The translations under genes and the position numbers were made by a program. Shown here piece by piece: positions 9,671 through 19,789 of a stretch of 20,000 nt of DNA (positions are counted from its first letter, which is position 1; every line of letters starts with the position of its first letter). Origin of the DNA: Chiloscyllium plagiosum (Eukaryota). The DNA lies in the NCBI RefSeq assembly GCF_004010195.1, contig NC_057719.1, positions 3,281,483 to 3,301,482 of the forward strand. Reading direction: 5' to 3'. The notes beneath the pieces were generated by a model. The model was not told where the DNA came from. It did no database searches and worked only from the letters and a program-made list of their open reading frames with translations.

Positions 9671-11396
9671 ACAAAGAACAAAGAAAATTTACAGCCCAGG
9701 AACAGGCCCTTCGGCCCTCCAAGCCTGAGCTGATCCAAATCCATTGTCTAAACCTGTCGCCCAATTCCTAAGCATCTGTATCCCTCTGCTCCCCACCTAC
9801 TCATACATCTGTCCAGATGCATCTTAAATGAATCTACCNNNNNNNNNNNNNNNNNNNNNNNNNNNNNNNNNNNNNNNNNNNNNNNNNNNNNNNNNNNNNN
9901 NNNNNNNNNNNNNNNNNNNNNNNNNNNNNNNNNNNNNNNNNNNNNNNNNNNNNNNNNNNNNNNNNNNNNNNNNNNNNNNNNNNNNNNNNNNNNNNNNNNN
10001 NNNNNNNNNNNNNNNNNNNNNNNNNNNNNNNNNNNNNNNNNNNNNNNNNNNNNNNNNNNNNNNNNNNNNNNNNNNNNNNNNNNNNNNNNNNNNNNNNNNN
10101 NNNNNNNNNNNNNNNNNNNNNNNNNNNNNNNNNNNNNNNNNNNNNNNNNNNNNNNNNNNNNNNNNNNNNNNNNNNNNNNNNNNNNNNNNNNNNNNNNNNN
10201 NNNNNNNNNNNNNNNNNNNNNNNNNNNNNNNNNNNNNNNNNNNNNNNNNNNNNNNNNNNNNNNNNNNNNNNNNNNNNNNNNNNNNNNNNNNNNNNNNNNN
10301 NNNNNNNNNNNNNNNNNNNNNNNNNNNNNNNNNNNNNNNNNNNNNNNNNNNNNNNNNNNNNNNNNNNNNNNNNNNNNNNNNNNTACCAACAGTGCCCTCT
10401 TCCAGATCATTTATGTATATTACAAACAACAGTGACCCCAACACTGACCCCTGTGGAACACCACTGGTCACCTTTCTCCATTTCGAGAAACTCCCTTCAA
10501 CTACTACTCTCTGTATCCTGTTGCTCAACCAGTTCTTTATCCACCTAGCTAGAACACCCTGCAGACCATGTGACTTCACTTTCTCCATTAGTCTACCATG
10601 GGGAACCTTATCAAACGCCTTACTAAAGTCCATGTATATGACATCAACAGCCCTTCCTCCATCTAACAACTTGGTCACTTCCTCAAAGAACTCTATTAAG
10701 TTGGTAAGGCATGATCTCCCCTGTACAAAACCATGTTGCCTATCACTGATAAGCTCATTCTTTTCCAAATATAAATAGATTCTATCCCTCAGTACCCTCT
10801 CCAGTAACTTCCCCACCACTGACGTCAGGCTCACTGGTCTATAGTTACCCAGAGTATCCCTACTACCCTTGTTGTACAGGGGGACAACATGAGCAACCTT
10901 CCAGTCCTCTGGCACCTCACCTGTATTTAAGGATGCCACAAAGCTATGTGTCAGGGCCCCAGCTATTTCCTCTCTCCCCTCCCTCAGCAACCTGGGATAG
11001 ATCCCACCCGATCCTAGGGATTTGTCCACCTTAAGAACCTCTAGCCTACCCAACACATCTTCCCGACTTATGCCAACGTGATCCAGACTAATCAAACTTC
11101 TATCTCTAATCTCAACATTCATCATGTCCCTCTCCTCAGTGAACACTGATGCAAACTAATCATTGAGAATCTCACCCATTCTCTCAGGTTTGACACACAG
11201 CCTTCCTTCATTATCCTTTAGTGGACCAATTCTTTCTCTCGTTACCCGCTTGCTTCTTAGATAAGAATAAAGGCTTTGGGATTTTCCTTAATTCTGCTCG
11301 CTGAAGTTATTTCATGACCCCTTTTCGCCCGCTTGATTCCTCCTTTAAGACTGGTCCTACTCTTCTGATATTCCTCCAGGGCCCATTCTGTTCTTA
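9671..11396 (-). mobile_element. Young 5'-truncated CR1 LINE with open RT reading frame; gap 9839-10383
   Basis: Uninterrupted [64 protein letters not shown]. The tail is (TTCTTTG)n, seen as acaaagaacaaaga at 9671. Confidence 0.96.
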
Positions 11397-11404
11397 TCTA
11401 TCTT

Positions 11405-11800
11405 ATCTATCAATAACTCTCTGCAAACAGTTTGTATCTCTCTCTCAACCTACCTTTACACCTATCTTTGTGCATTCTACAAATTTGGCTGCAGTACATC
11501 CACTTCCTTTCTATACGTCATTAATGTAGATTGTAAACAATTGCAATCCCAGCACTGATCCCTGCGGAATATCCCTGGTCACAGGTCACCAGCCTGAAAA
11601 AGAATGCCTTATCCCAATTCACTGTTTCTTGTACATTAGCCAATTATCCATCCATGCCAATACACTACATTCAACACAGTGGGCTCTTCTCTGATGATTT
11701 AACCAGTTGTGAGGTACCTTGTTGGGCATCTTCTGGAAGTCCAAATACCAGACATGGTTCCCCTCTATCCACTCTGGTTCAGACTTCCTCAAAAAACTGT
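11405..11800 (-). mobile_element. Older CR1 LINE, RT part (continuation of 8822-9670)
   Basis: cccagcactgatccctgcggaat encodes IPQGSVLG on the minus strand, and ttcctcaaaaaa encodes FFEE. It is collinear with the segment ending at 9670. Confidence 0.8.
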
Positions 11801-11957
11801 AATGTATTAGATTATAACAGGGTGCTTCGATCTCTTCAAACTTACTCTGTCATTCAGTAAGACCATGTCTGAGAGAACGGCTTTAACTCCATCTGCTCCC
11901 ATAAGCTTTCAAAGAAGAGAAATGGAGTGGGTACAATTCCAACATTTAAAACGCAAT

Positions 11958-12740
11958 TAACATTCATGCCGCATAAATATCAGGAAATGACTATCACCAA
12001 TAAGAGACAATCTAACCATCTGCCCCTTGACATTTAATCGTGTTAAAATCACTGAATCACTCACTATCAACATCCTGGAGATTACCATTGACCAGAAACT
12101 CAACTGAACCCACCACATTAACACAACAGCTACAAGAGAAAGTCAGAGGTTAGGAATACTGCAGAAACAACTCTCCTCCTGACTCCCCAAAGTCTGTCCA
12201 CCGTCTACAAGGCACAAGTCAGGAGTGTGATGGAATACTCCCCACTTGCCCTGGATGGGGGCAGCTCCAACATCACTCAAGAAGCTTGACACCATCCAGG
12301 ACAAAGCAGCCGCTTGATTGGCACCACATCCACAAACATCCCCTCCCTCCCCCACCGACGCTCAGTAACAGCAGTGTGTACCATCTACAAGATGCACTGC
12401 AGAAACTCACCAAAGACCCTCAGGCAGCACCTTCCAAACCCACAGCCACTTCCATCTAGAAGGACAAGGGCAGGAGATACATGGGAACACCACCCCCTGC
12501 AAGTTCCTCTCTGAGCCACTCACCATCCTGACCTGGAAATATATCGCCGTTCCTTCAGTGTCACTGGGTCAGAATCCTGGAATTCCCTCCCTAAGGGCAT
12601 TGTGGGTCAACCCACAGCATATCGACAGCAGCAGTTCAGGAAGGTAGTTCATCCCCATCTTCTCAAGGAGCAACTAGGGACGGGCAATAAATGCTGGGCC
12701 CAGCCTGTGCCACCCAGATCCCACAAATGAATAAAACAAA
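11958..12740 (+). mobile_element. 3' part of a distinct CR1/L2-group LINE (exact clade uncertain)
   Basis: Translates (with stops and frameshifts) to INILEITIDQKLN*THHI, LLTPQSLSTVYKAQVRSVMEYSPLA, LKKLDTIQDKAA and WNSLP. Ends gggcaataaatgctggg...aatgaataaaacaaa. Confidence 0.85.
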
Positions 12741-13110
12741 TTTCAAAGCTATTTGGACAGGTATATAGATAGGAAAGGTTTAGAGGGATATAGCCCAAAC
12801 CAAGGCAAATGCTACTACTGGTTGTTATGCTATAACCTCTATTTCATTAATGTGAATTCGCTGCAATGTGGTTGACGAATTGGGGAGGCTGTTTCTAAAG
12901 CACAAACTTTTAAAATGTACGTTGGCTGTAACACAATTATATCGCCAACACTTTATGATCAATTTCTAAGGCGGGATTCTTCTATAATGCGGGTTTGCAC
13001 AAGAACTCAACCATCGTGTCAGAGAAAAACTGGCAGTAGTTCAGTTGAGGAAATCTAGTCAGTATGGATGAGTTGGGCTGAAGGGCCTGTTTCCATGCTG
13101 TACAGCTCTA
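12741..13110 (+). repeat. CR1/HER1 3' end split by a MITE
   Basis: atttggacaggtatatagataggaaaggtttagagggata...gcaaatgctacta | gttcagtt...gggctgaagggcctgtttccatgctgta. Confidence 0.85.
12818..13036. mobile_element. Tc1/mariner (Tigger/MER6-like) MITE with TA target duplication
   Basis: TA|CTG...CAG|TA ends (TA at 12816-12817 and 13037-13038) with decayed TIRs. Removing it restores a continuous CR1 3' end. Confidence 0.75.
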
Positions 13111-13127
13111 ATTCCAAACACTAGGTG

Positions 13128-13380
13128 CAAGAAGGAATTTCTCCTTCAATGTGATGCCACTTATTTTTAAACTGTGCCCCTAAGTATTCACTCCCCCTCA
13201 AGGGAAAGCTTCCTCTCGGGACCCATCCTGTTACACCTCCCTGGGACCTTACACGTTTAACAAGATCACCTTTCATCCTGCTAAACTCCGAAGCGTATCA
13301 ATCCAATCACCTGTTCAATCTTTCAATGTAAGGCAACCCCTTCATCCCCAGGAATCATCGCACGATCCATATCTGAACTT
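13128..13380 (-). repeat. Degenerate CR1 ORF2 C-terminal fragment
   Basis: gaaggaatttctcct...ttttaaactgtgccc...agatcacctttcat...ccccttcatccccaggaatc is collinear with 9060-9310. Confidence 0.7.
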
Positions 13381-13624
13381 CAGTCTCATTGGAGCTTTCT
13401 GTTCTGTTTTCATCAGGACAAAGGAAGCATTACACCCTTCAGAAAAGGCAAAGGGGGACCACAGGCATTCTGTATGCCTTTTAGGACGCTGGAGCAACAT
13501 TGCAATGATGTCACAGAGATGCTCCAACTGGGCTTAAATACCACCACGAGGTCGGTGTTAATGTGAGGTGTGTATGAGAGATTGATAGATAGAAGCTCAC
13601 GTAAAGAATATTCTTTCACAGAAA

Positions 13625-13880
13625 CATTGAACGTAGAAAAATATCGTCAGGAGTAGGCCATTCATCCCTTCAAGGATCTGGATCAGTGGTGCTGGAAGAG
13701 CACAGCAATTCAGGCAGCATCCGAGGACAGGCAAAATCGACGTTTCGGGCAAAAGCCCTTCATCAGGAATAAAGGCAGCCTGTTCTGCCATTTAATGTGA
13801 TCATGACTGAGTCCCGTATTCCCACTTCTTCCCATCCCCTTTGATCCCTTTGATCCTAAGAGCTATACCTAACTGCTTGA
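13625..13880 (-). repeat. CR1 3' end interrupted by a PLE terminal fragment
   Basis: ggagtaggccattcatcccttcaag | cctgttctgccatt...gatcatgactga...ctaagagctata resembles 326-455. Confidence 0.8.
13675..13778 (-). mobile_element. Solo Penelope terminal-repeat fragment carrying the best-preserved hammerhead-like core (13766-13739)
   Basis: Minus strand: ttcCTGATGAAGGGCttttGCCCGAAACGTCgattttgcctgtcctcggatgctgcctga, homologous to 6058-6145 and 8637-8715. Confidence 0.88.
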
Positions 13881-13889
13881 AAAATAAAT

Positions 13890-14232
13890 TCAACAGAAGA
13901 TTATAAAAGCTGTGAGAAACATAATTAGGGTAGACCATGAGAATCATTCCCCCATGGTAGATGTGTATAGGTCTAGAGAGGATAAGTTAAAGGTGGGGAG
14001 TTGGTGAATTAGAGGAAGATTTTCTATCACCCAGAGTGTGGTGGAAATATGGAAGGTGGTGGAGGCATGTACTCTCACGACATTTAAGAAAAATCTGGAT
14101 AAGCACTTAAAATACCAGGGCGTCATCAGCTGCGGACCAAGTGCAGGCAAATGGGATTGGTGTAGTTTGGTGTTTGTTGGTCAGCATAGACATGGTGGGC
14201 TGAAGGGCCTGTTGCTATGCTGTATGACTCAA
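13890..14232 (+). repeat. CR1 3' end
   Basis: WKVVEACTLTTFKKNLDKHL and a gggctgaagggcctgttgctatgctgtatgactc tail. Confidence 0.85.
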
Positions 14233-14754
14233 TGAGTGACCCTGAGTTCTACTCTCACTCAAAAGATGAAAATCCTTTCCATGCCCGCCCAATCTACTCA
14301 ACCTATCCTCACAACAAAATCACTCCATTCTCTGAATCAACCTAATGATTCACTGAATATCCTCTCACGAATGAACTGTGCGAAAAAAAACCTTTTAAAT
14401 AGGATTGAGAAATTGAAAGGCTGTCAGGAAGAATCACGCGCTTGAGATAATTTGGGCAACTCTTTCAAAGACTGGCAAGGGTACAATGGACCTCACGGTC
14501 TCCATCTGAGCTGCTTGGTTTTTGATTCTATGAGTAACTTCCAATTGTTGACATCATGTTTTCCATCAGTCAATTGGCCCTTTGCCTTGTTTCTCTGTTC
14601 AAAGCATGTTTCGACTTCGAGGCTTCTTTTCCCCACATTTGGCAGGCTTTGGTATCCCAGAATATTTGACACTTTTGATTACCAGCTGGGGTGAAGCCAT
14701 ATGTGCTTGAAAAGAAAACTGTTAAATAATTGAACAATAAAATTGTTTGAGGAT

Positions 14755-15080
14755 GGGCAGCACAGTGGCTCAGTGGTTAGCGCTGCTGCTGCACTGGGTC
14801 GGGGGCCCAGGTTCAATTCCCACTTCGGGCAATGTCTATGTGGAGTTTGCACATTCTCCCCGTGTCTGCGTGGGTTTCCTCCGGGTGCTCCGGTTTCCTC
14901 CCACAGTCCAAAGATGTGCAGGTCAGGTGAATTTATCATGCTAAATTGCTCATAGTGTTAGGCGTATTAGTCAGGGGTGAACGTAGGGGAATGGGTCTGG
15001 GTGGGGTTGCTCTTCGGAGGGTTGGTGTGGACTTGTTGGGCTGAAGGGCCTGTTTTCACACTGTCAGGAATCTAATCTAT
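14755..15080 (+). mobile_element. HE1-like V-SINE, full length
   Basis: A box tggctcagtgg, B box ggttcaattcc, V domain and gggctgaagggcctgt tail; collinear with 7764-8108. Confidence 0.93.
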
Positions 15081-15274
15081 TCAGTGAGAGAGAATGGGAG
15101 AGGACGGAAAGTCAGATGTAAAGGCCTTCAGGCTGCATTTGAACTCAGGACAGTTAGAGTAGGGAGAGGGGGCAGCCTCCAGGCTGTGGGACATTGACAT
15201 GTACATGTCACCTTGGGCACCTGGCATTGTAACACACCTGTCTTGTTCACAAGCTCCCATTGTTGTCTCACTTT

Positions 15275-15368
15275 GCTGGTTAGCTCAGTTGGCTGGATGG
15301 CAGGTTTGTGATGCACAGTGACACCAACAGTGTGGACTCAATTCCTGTCCTGCTGAGGTCACCATGAC
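15275..15368 (+). mobile_element. tRNA-derived SINE head (family of 2258-2445)
   Basis: gctggttagctcagttggctgga...ccaacagtgtggactcaattcct...gctgagg. Confidence 0.7.
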
Positions 15369-15470
15369 GATCCCACCTGGGGACCAGGATTTGGAAGGTG
15401 GGACGGCGGAGTGGGAGCATGATTATGGCACCAAAGGAAGAGTCCACTGCAAACAGAGTGGGATGCCTGA

Positions 15471-15792
15471 GGGGAGCAGAAAGTGGTTGACTCAGTGTTT
15501 AGCACTGCTGCCTCACAGCATCAGGGACCCTGGTTCGATTCTAGTCTCGGGTATCTGTCTGTGTGGAGTTTGCATGTTCTCCCTGTATGTGTGTGTAGGT
15601 TTCCTCTCACAGTCCAAAGGTGTGCAGGTTAGGTGGATTGGCAATGCTAAATTGCCCCATAGTGTGCAGGCTAGATGGATTTTCCATGGGAAATGTGGGT
15701 TACAGGAAGTGGGCAGATGGGATGCTGTTTGGAGGATTGGTGCAGACTTGTTGGGCTGAATGACGTCTATCTGCACTGTAGGGAATCTATGA
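15471..15792 (+). mobile_element. Older HE1-like V-SINE
   Basis: ttagcactgctgcctcacagc...ggttcgattc...gtgtggagtttgcatgttctccc...gctaaattgcccca...ttgttgggctgaa; internal deletion in the V domain. Confidence 0.9.
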
Positions 15793-15904
15793 GAACTCTG
15801 TAATCAGGCTGGCCTCAAGGATTCCCTTGGTTGTACATAGAGCTTTGGTTTAACATCTCCAACAACGATGGACCGGCCAGGTGCCATTAGCCTTCATTTT
15901 CTAC

Positions 15905-15976
15905 TCCTGGCTCTGGACTAAGACTTGACCGCACAAACCTTCAGACTCAGAGTGCCACCCAATTAGCCACAACTGA
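15905..15976 (-). repeat. Degenerate tRNA-derived SINE head (SacSINE1-like)
   Basis: Minus strand gtggctaattgggtggcactctgagtctgaaggtttgtgcggtcaagtc...tccagag; the family call is from recall. Confidence 0.45.
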
Positions 15977-16077
15977 GAAACCAGGGGAGTCCATATCGAG
16001 GAATCATGAGACAGAAACTGGGGAATCAATTGAAAGACTCTTCAGGAAACATCGAGTGCTTGTGCTAATTTACCAAA

Positions 16078-16203
16078 CAGAAGGCAGCTCACCCCCACCT
16101 TCTCAAAGGCAACTAGGGACAGACAATAAATGCTGGGCCCAGCCAGTGATTCCAACATCCCAATAATTCCCCACCTCCCAGTGAACTCATGAATCTAAAA
16201 AAG
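16078..16203 (+). repeat. 3' tail of the LINE family at 11958-12740
   Basis: ttctcaaaggcaactagggacagacaataaatgctgggcccagcc is nearly identical to 12660-12705. Confidence 0.85.
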
Positions 16204-16670
16204 CGTCCTCTTGAGTCTACATTTCAGGATCTTTCTTCACAGTTCTAGCAATTCAAATTAAAGATAGTTTGAGTCTTTGCTGTTCCAGCCTGTTTTATTT
16301 CAAGTTTTACATTTCAGATGCATCATGATGGGCCTGAACTGGAGAACGTTCCCCTATCAGTTGAGAATGTCATGTTCAAGTGAAAACCAGCTGTCTGCAT
16401 TCTAAAAAAAGCCTCTTTGAAATCTTTCAATCCGATCAGATGTACTGACTTACAGTTCAAAGCAAGTAAAGTATTTAAATCTCTCAGTATTTGTGGCATG
16501 AGATACAAGTGTTGTCCAGTTCTGTTTATTTCTGGAATTTCTTCTAAAAGCCTTTGCCAAAGGTCTGCATTGCTCCAGCTTCACATCAAAGACCAGCTCT
16601 CACAACCTTTCTGCATTTATATCATAATTCAATCGATGAAGATATACCGGCATCTGTAGTCCTCACTTTC

Positions 16671-16910
16671 ACCTTGGGCCCAACTTGGCTCATATCCCTC
16701 TAAACCCTTCCTATTCATAGACCCAAGAAGATGGCTTTTAATTGTTGCTATTGTACCAGCCTCCACCACTTCCTCTGGCAGCTCATTCCATACACGCACC
16801 ACTTTCTGTGTGAAAATGTTGCCCTTTAGGTCCCTTTTAAAACGTTCCCCTCTCACCTCTAGTTTTGGACTCCCCTACCTTGGGGAAAAGACCTTTCCTA
16901 TCTATGTCCT
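16671..16910 (-). repeat. CR1 ORF2 C-terminal fragment
   Basis: RGERFKRDLKGNIFTQKVVRVWNELPEEVVEAGTI. Confidence 0.9.
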
Positions 16911-16963
16911 TGAAGGTGTTTTTTTACAATGTTTGTCATTATTTCTGAACCTTCTTTGTTGCT

Positions 16964-17066
16964 AAAGCAAAAACAGAAATTACCAGAAAAACTCAGCAGG
17001 TCTGGCAGAATCTGTGAAGAGAAATCAAAATTAACCTTTCAGGTCCAGTGTCCCTTTCTCAGCACT
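16964..17066 (-). mobile_element. Older Penelope terminal-repeat fragment with decayed hammerhead-like core (17062-17033)
   Basis: Minus strand CTGAGAA-A-GGGAC(ACTG)GACCT-GAAA-GGTT...ctgccagacctgctgagtttttc, related to gctgcctgacctgctgcgcttttcc in the other copies. Confidence 0.7.
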
Positions 17067-18299
17067 CTGCTAGAGTCCTTTTCTAACCCACTCCAGCCAG
17101 CTCTGCCCTCATCCCTTTGAAATTACCCCGGGTTTCGTTAAGTTTAGTTAAGTTTAACATTAGTGAGTTTTCCTAGTAACAGACACAGTGAAGAATTGTC
17201 TGTTGCTTGCAAATAACTCTGCTCAGTTTCTGAGGAAGATTTAAATCACAATGTTTATTCACACTAACTAATAACAGTGATGTAACAATCCAGAAGAATG
17301 ACTAAATGATTAGCCAATCTTGAAACATCATTGCCAAGCCTGAAGTGACCTGTTTGGACTGTGTATGTAACCATGAGGCTTCCAAGCAGCAGGCCATCAG
17401 CTGAGTGAGCATCTCTACTCTCTGGTATCTCATGCTTGGGTGTTTCACCGCAAAGGACACCTGTCCAAGGAGAATGTGAGGGAGTAGGCAAGATACAAGT
17501 CAAAGTTGGAGACTTCTCCAGAATACTCAAGCCATCCTGATCATTTATCAAACTGCCTACTTGCTCCAGACAGATCCACCTTCTCCCCTCTGACACCGCC
17601 CCTTCACCCCCACCCCTCTGGGTGGTTACGTTTGACGTTGGTCACATCGCACAGACCAGTGTGAATGCTCCATCTATTCTTTCCAACTGCGGCCCACAAT
17701 CATTGCTCCTGTCCGACCTTTGTCCTGAGGAATGGACCAACACACCAAGACTCAATTCCCTCTGCCGAGGCATCGATAACCCCTGTGGGCCTCTCGCTAC
17801 AGCCTCACGGGAAATAGAGGAGGGGGGGGCGGGGTGAGAGAGAAAGTCATGAGACAGAGAGTGTGGGGGTGTTGGAGAGAGATTCTGGAGGGAGAAATCA
17901 GGGAAAACCCTTTGTGGGGGAATCCAAGTTTGCAATTCCTAAGAGGTAGGCCCATCCTGATGGGGGTGAATCCCTTTTCACTCTGACAGTACTGGCATCA
18001 ACCCTCATCTGCTTCGTTAATCTGTACAGCCCAATTTATAAAATATCTTGTGTCAATCCAATCACAATGGTTACCAATGAAATACATGATTTACCATGAT
18101 TGATATTTGCAATCTGATTATTGCCTTTGTGATGTGCAACATGGAACTCATAGTTCACAACTTTACTCTGAAAGCCAGATTACATTTCAACACTTACAAT
18201 TCTCCATTAAAGCCATCCTCGCATAATTCTTGCATGGTTTTGCCCAAGAAATCCTAGTTATAAAGTGACTGTAAAATGGTTTTTTTTCATAATGAGAAC

Positions 18300-18640
18300 G
18301 AATTGTTTTCCTTCAGAAAGCTGAGGAGGGTCTGATCAATATTATGAGGGACACGTTCTGAGGATAGATAGAGCAGGTAGATCAAAACAATCCCCTTTGT
18401 ATAGGAGACAAAACCAGGGGGCATCGATTTCAGATAAGGAGGAGAGGATCGGGACTTGGTTGTAACTCACTACCTGAAAATGTGGCGGCACTGTTCCAAC
18501 ATTTCAGAAGTTTTTGATTAGCCCTTGAAACATATTAGCATACAAGGCTATGGGCCAAGGGTGGAATGTGGGAGTACAGTAGATAAGTGCTTAATAGCAA
18601 TGTGGATATAAATGAGTCAAACTGTCACTATGATTTGAAC
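18300..18640 (+). repeat. Degenerate CR1 3' end
   Basis: aaaaccagggggcatcgattt (TRGH-R-F), aactcactacctgaa (NSLPE), caaggctatgggccaa. Confidence 0.65.
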
Positions 18641-19315
18641 ATGTGCTGTCATGATTCAACATAAAACAGACAGGGTGTAACCTGAACATCAACTAAAACT
18701 GGGTGAGTTGTGTGACTAATGCATGTAGCCAACAGTGGGCGACATTTACTCCCATACTCTTCTTGACTCTTATAATTACCCTATGCTCGATAATATTGCA
18801 ACCATCAGTATTATGGAATTCAGACTCAAAGTATTATTAAACAATCTTCAAAATGTTATCAACACACTCAATGTCTCAAAGATCCACACAGAATGAATAA
18901 TTAAGACTCAGCCACACAGTTGGAACTAAGAAAATGGTGAAGGCAAGTCTCATAAAAGCGACCAATCCCAGTGTTATCTATTTGCATAGTAATGCAGACA
19001 TTTCTCAGATGCTCCAGTCAGCAACTCAAAGCAATTATCTTCACTTCAATACTGGGATCCAAATCTTGAGCTAACCGCGGACACACCGTTTCCACCATGA
19101 GACGGGTCTATTACTTACACTTTGCTTTCAGAGCTTCTTGATCTGGGAAACTTCATGAATAATTTAAACCTTATCAGTCAACCCCACAACTTTAAAGTCT
19201 ACTCCAGGATGCCTTGAGACAAAACCTGTATATCCCCCCCCCCCGGTGACACCCAGAGAGAGTGCCTAATCTTAAATGTGACTAGCACTCTTTGTCACAT
19301 TGGCAATGCAATAGT

Positions 19316-19789
19316 CAATGGGAATCAGATAGCTTCCCAGTCAGATCTGGAGTCAGGCAGGGCTGCCCTCTCTCTCCTGCCTTGTTTGTGTGCTGCATAG
19401 AGCCATTTGCCGAGTCCATCAGGAAGGATGCGAGCCTGAGAGGGGTGACTATTCCTGTCAGCGGGGGCCTGCAGGTTAAGGCCTCCCTGTACATGGATGA
19501 CGTCGCCGTTTTCTGCTCGGATCCGCTGTCCGTGCGCAGACTCATGTGCATATGTGACCAGTTCGAACAGGCCTCGGGGGCCAAGGTAAACCGAGGCAAG
19601 AGCGAGGCCATGCTCTTCGGGAACTGGGCTGACCAATCCTCGATCCCCTTCATCATCAGGACCGACCACCTGAAGGTGCTGGGTATTTGGTTCGGGGGGG
19701 CTGGGGCGTGCGCCAAGTCTTGGGAGGAGCGTATCAGCAAAGTGAGGCAGAAACTGGGCAGATGGAAGCTGCGGTCGCTCTCCACCGTG
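19316..19789 (+). mobile_element. Internal RT fragment of a Tx1/L1-clade LINE, truncated at both ends
   Basis: Open frame SGVRQGCPLSPALF...IEPFA...SLYMDDV...FEQASGAKVNRGKS...LKVLGIWF...WKLRSLS; GC- and CpG-rich relative to its flanks. Confidence 0.93.

Noticed and set aside
16318..16454. Strong + strand acceptor at 16317 and minus-strand GTAAGT donor at 16453
   Set aside because: No matching partner splice site giving a recognisable peptide in any frame; insufficient to call an exon.
17264..17935. ORFs of 110, 71 and 97 aa in unique sequence
   Set aside because: No recognisable domain; composition is unremarkable.
19119..19142. Possible 24-nt minus-strand micro-exon (cccAG|...|GTAAGT)
   Set aside because: Weak pyrimidine tract and an equally plausible + strand acceptor overlaps it; expected by chance.
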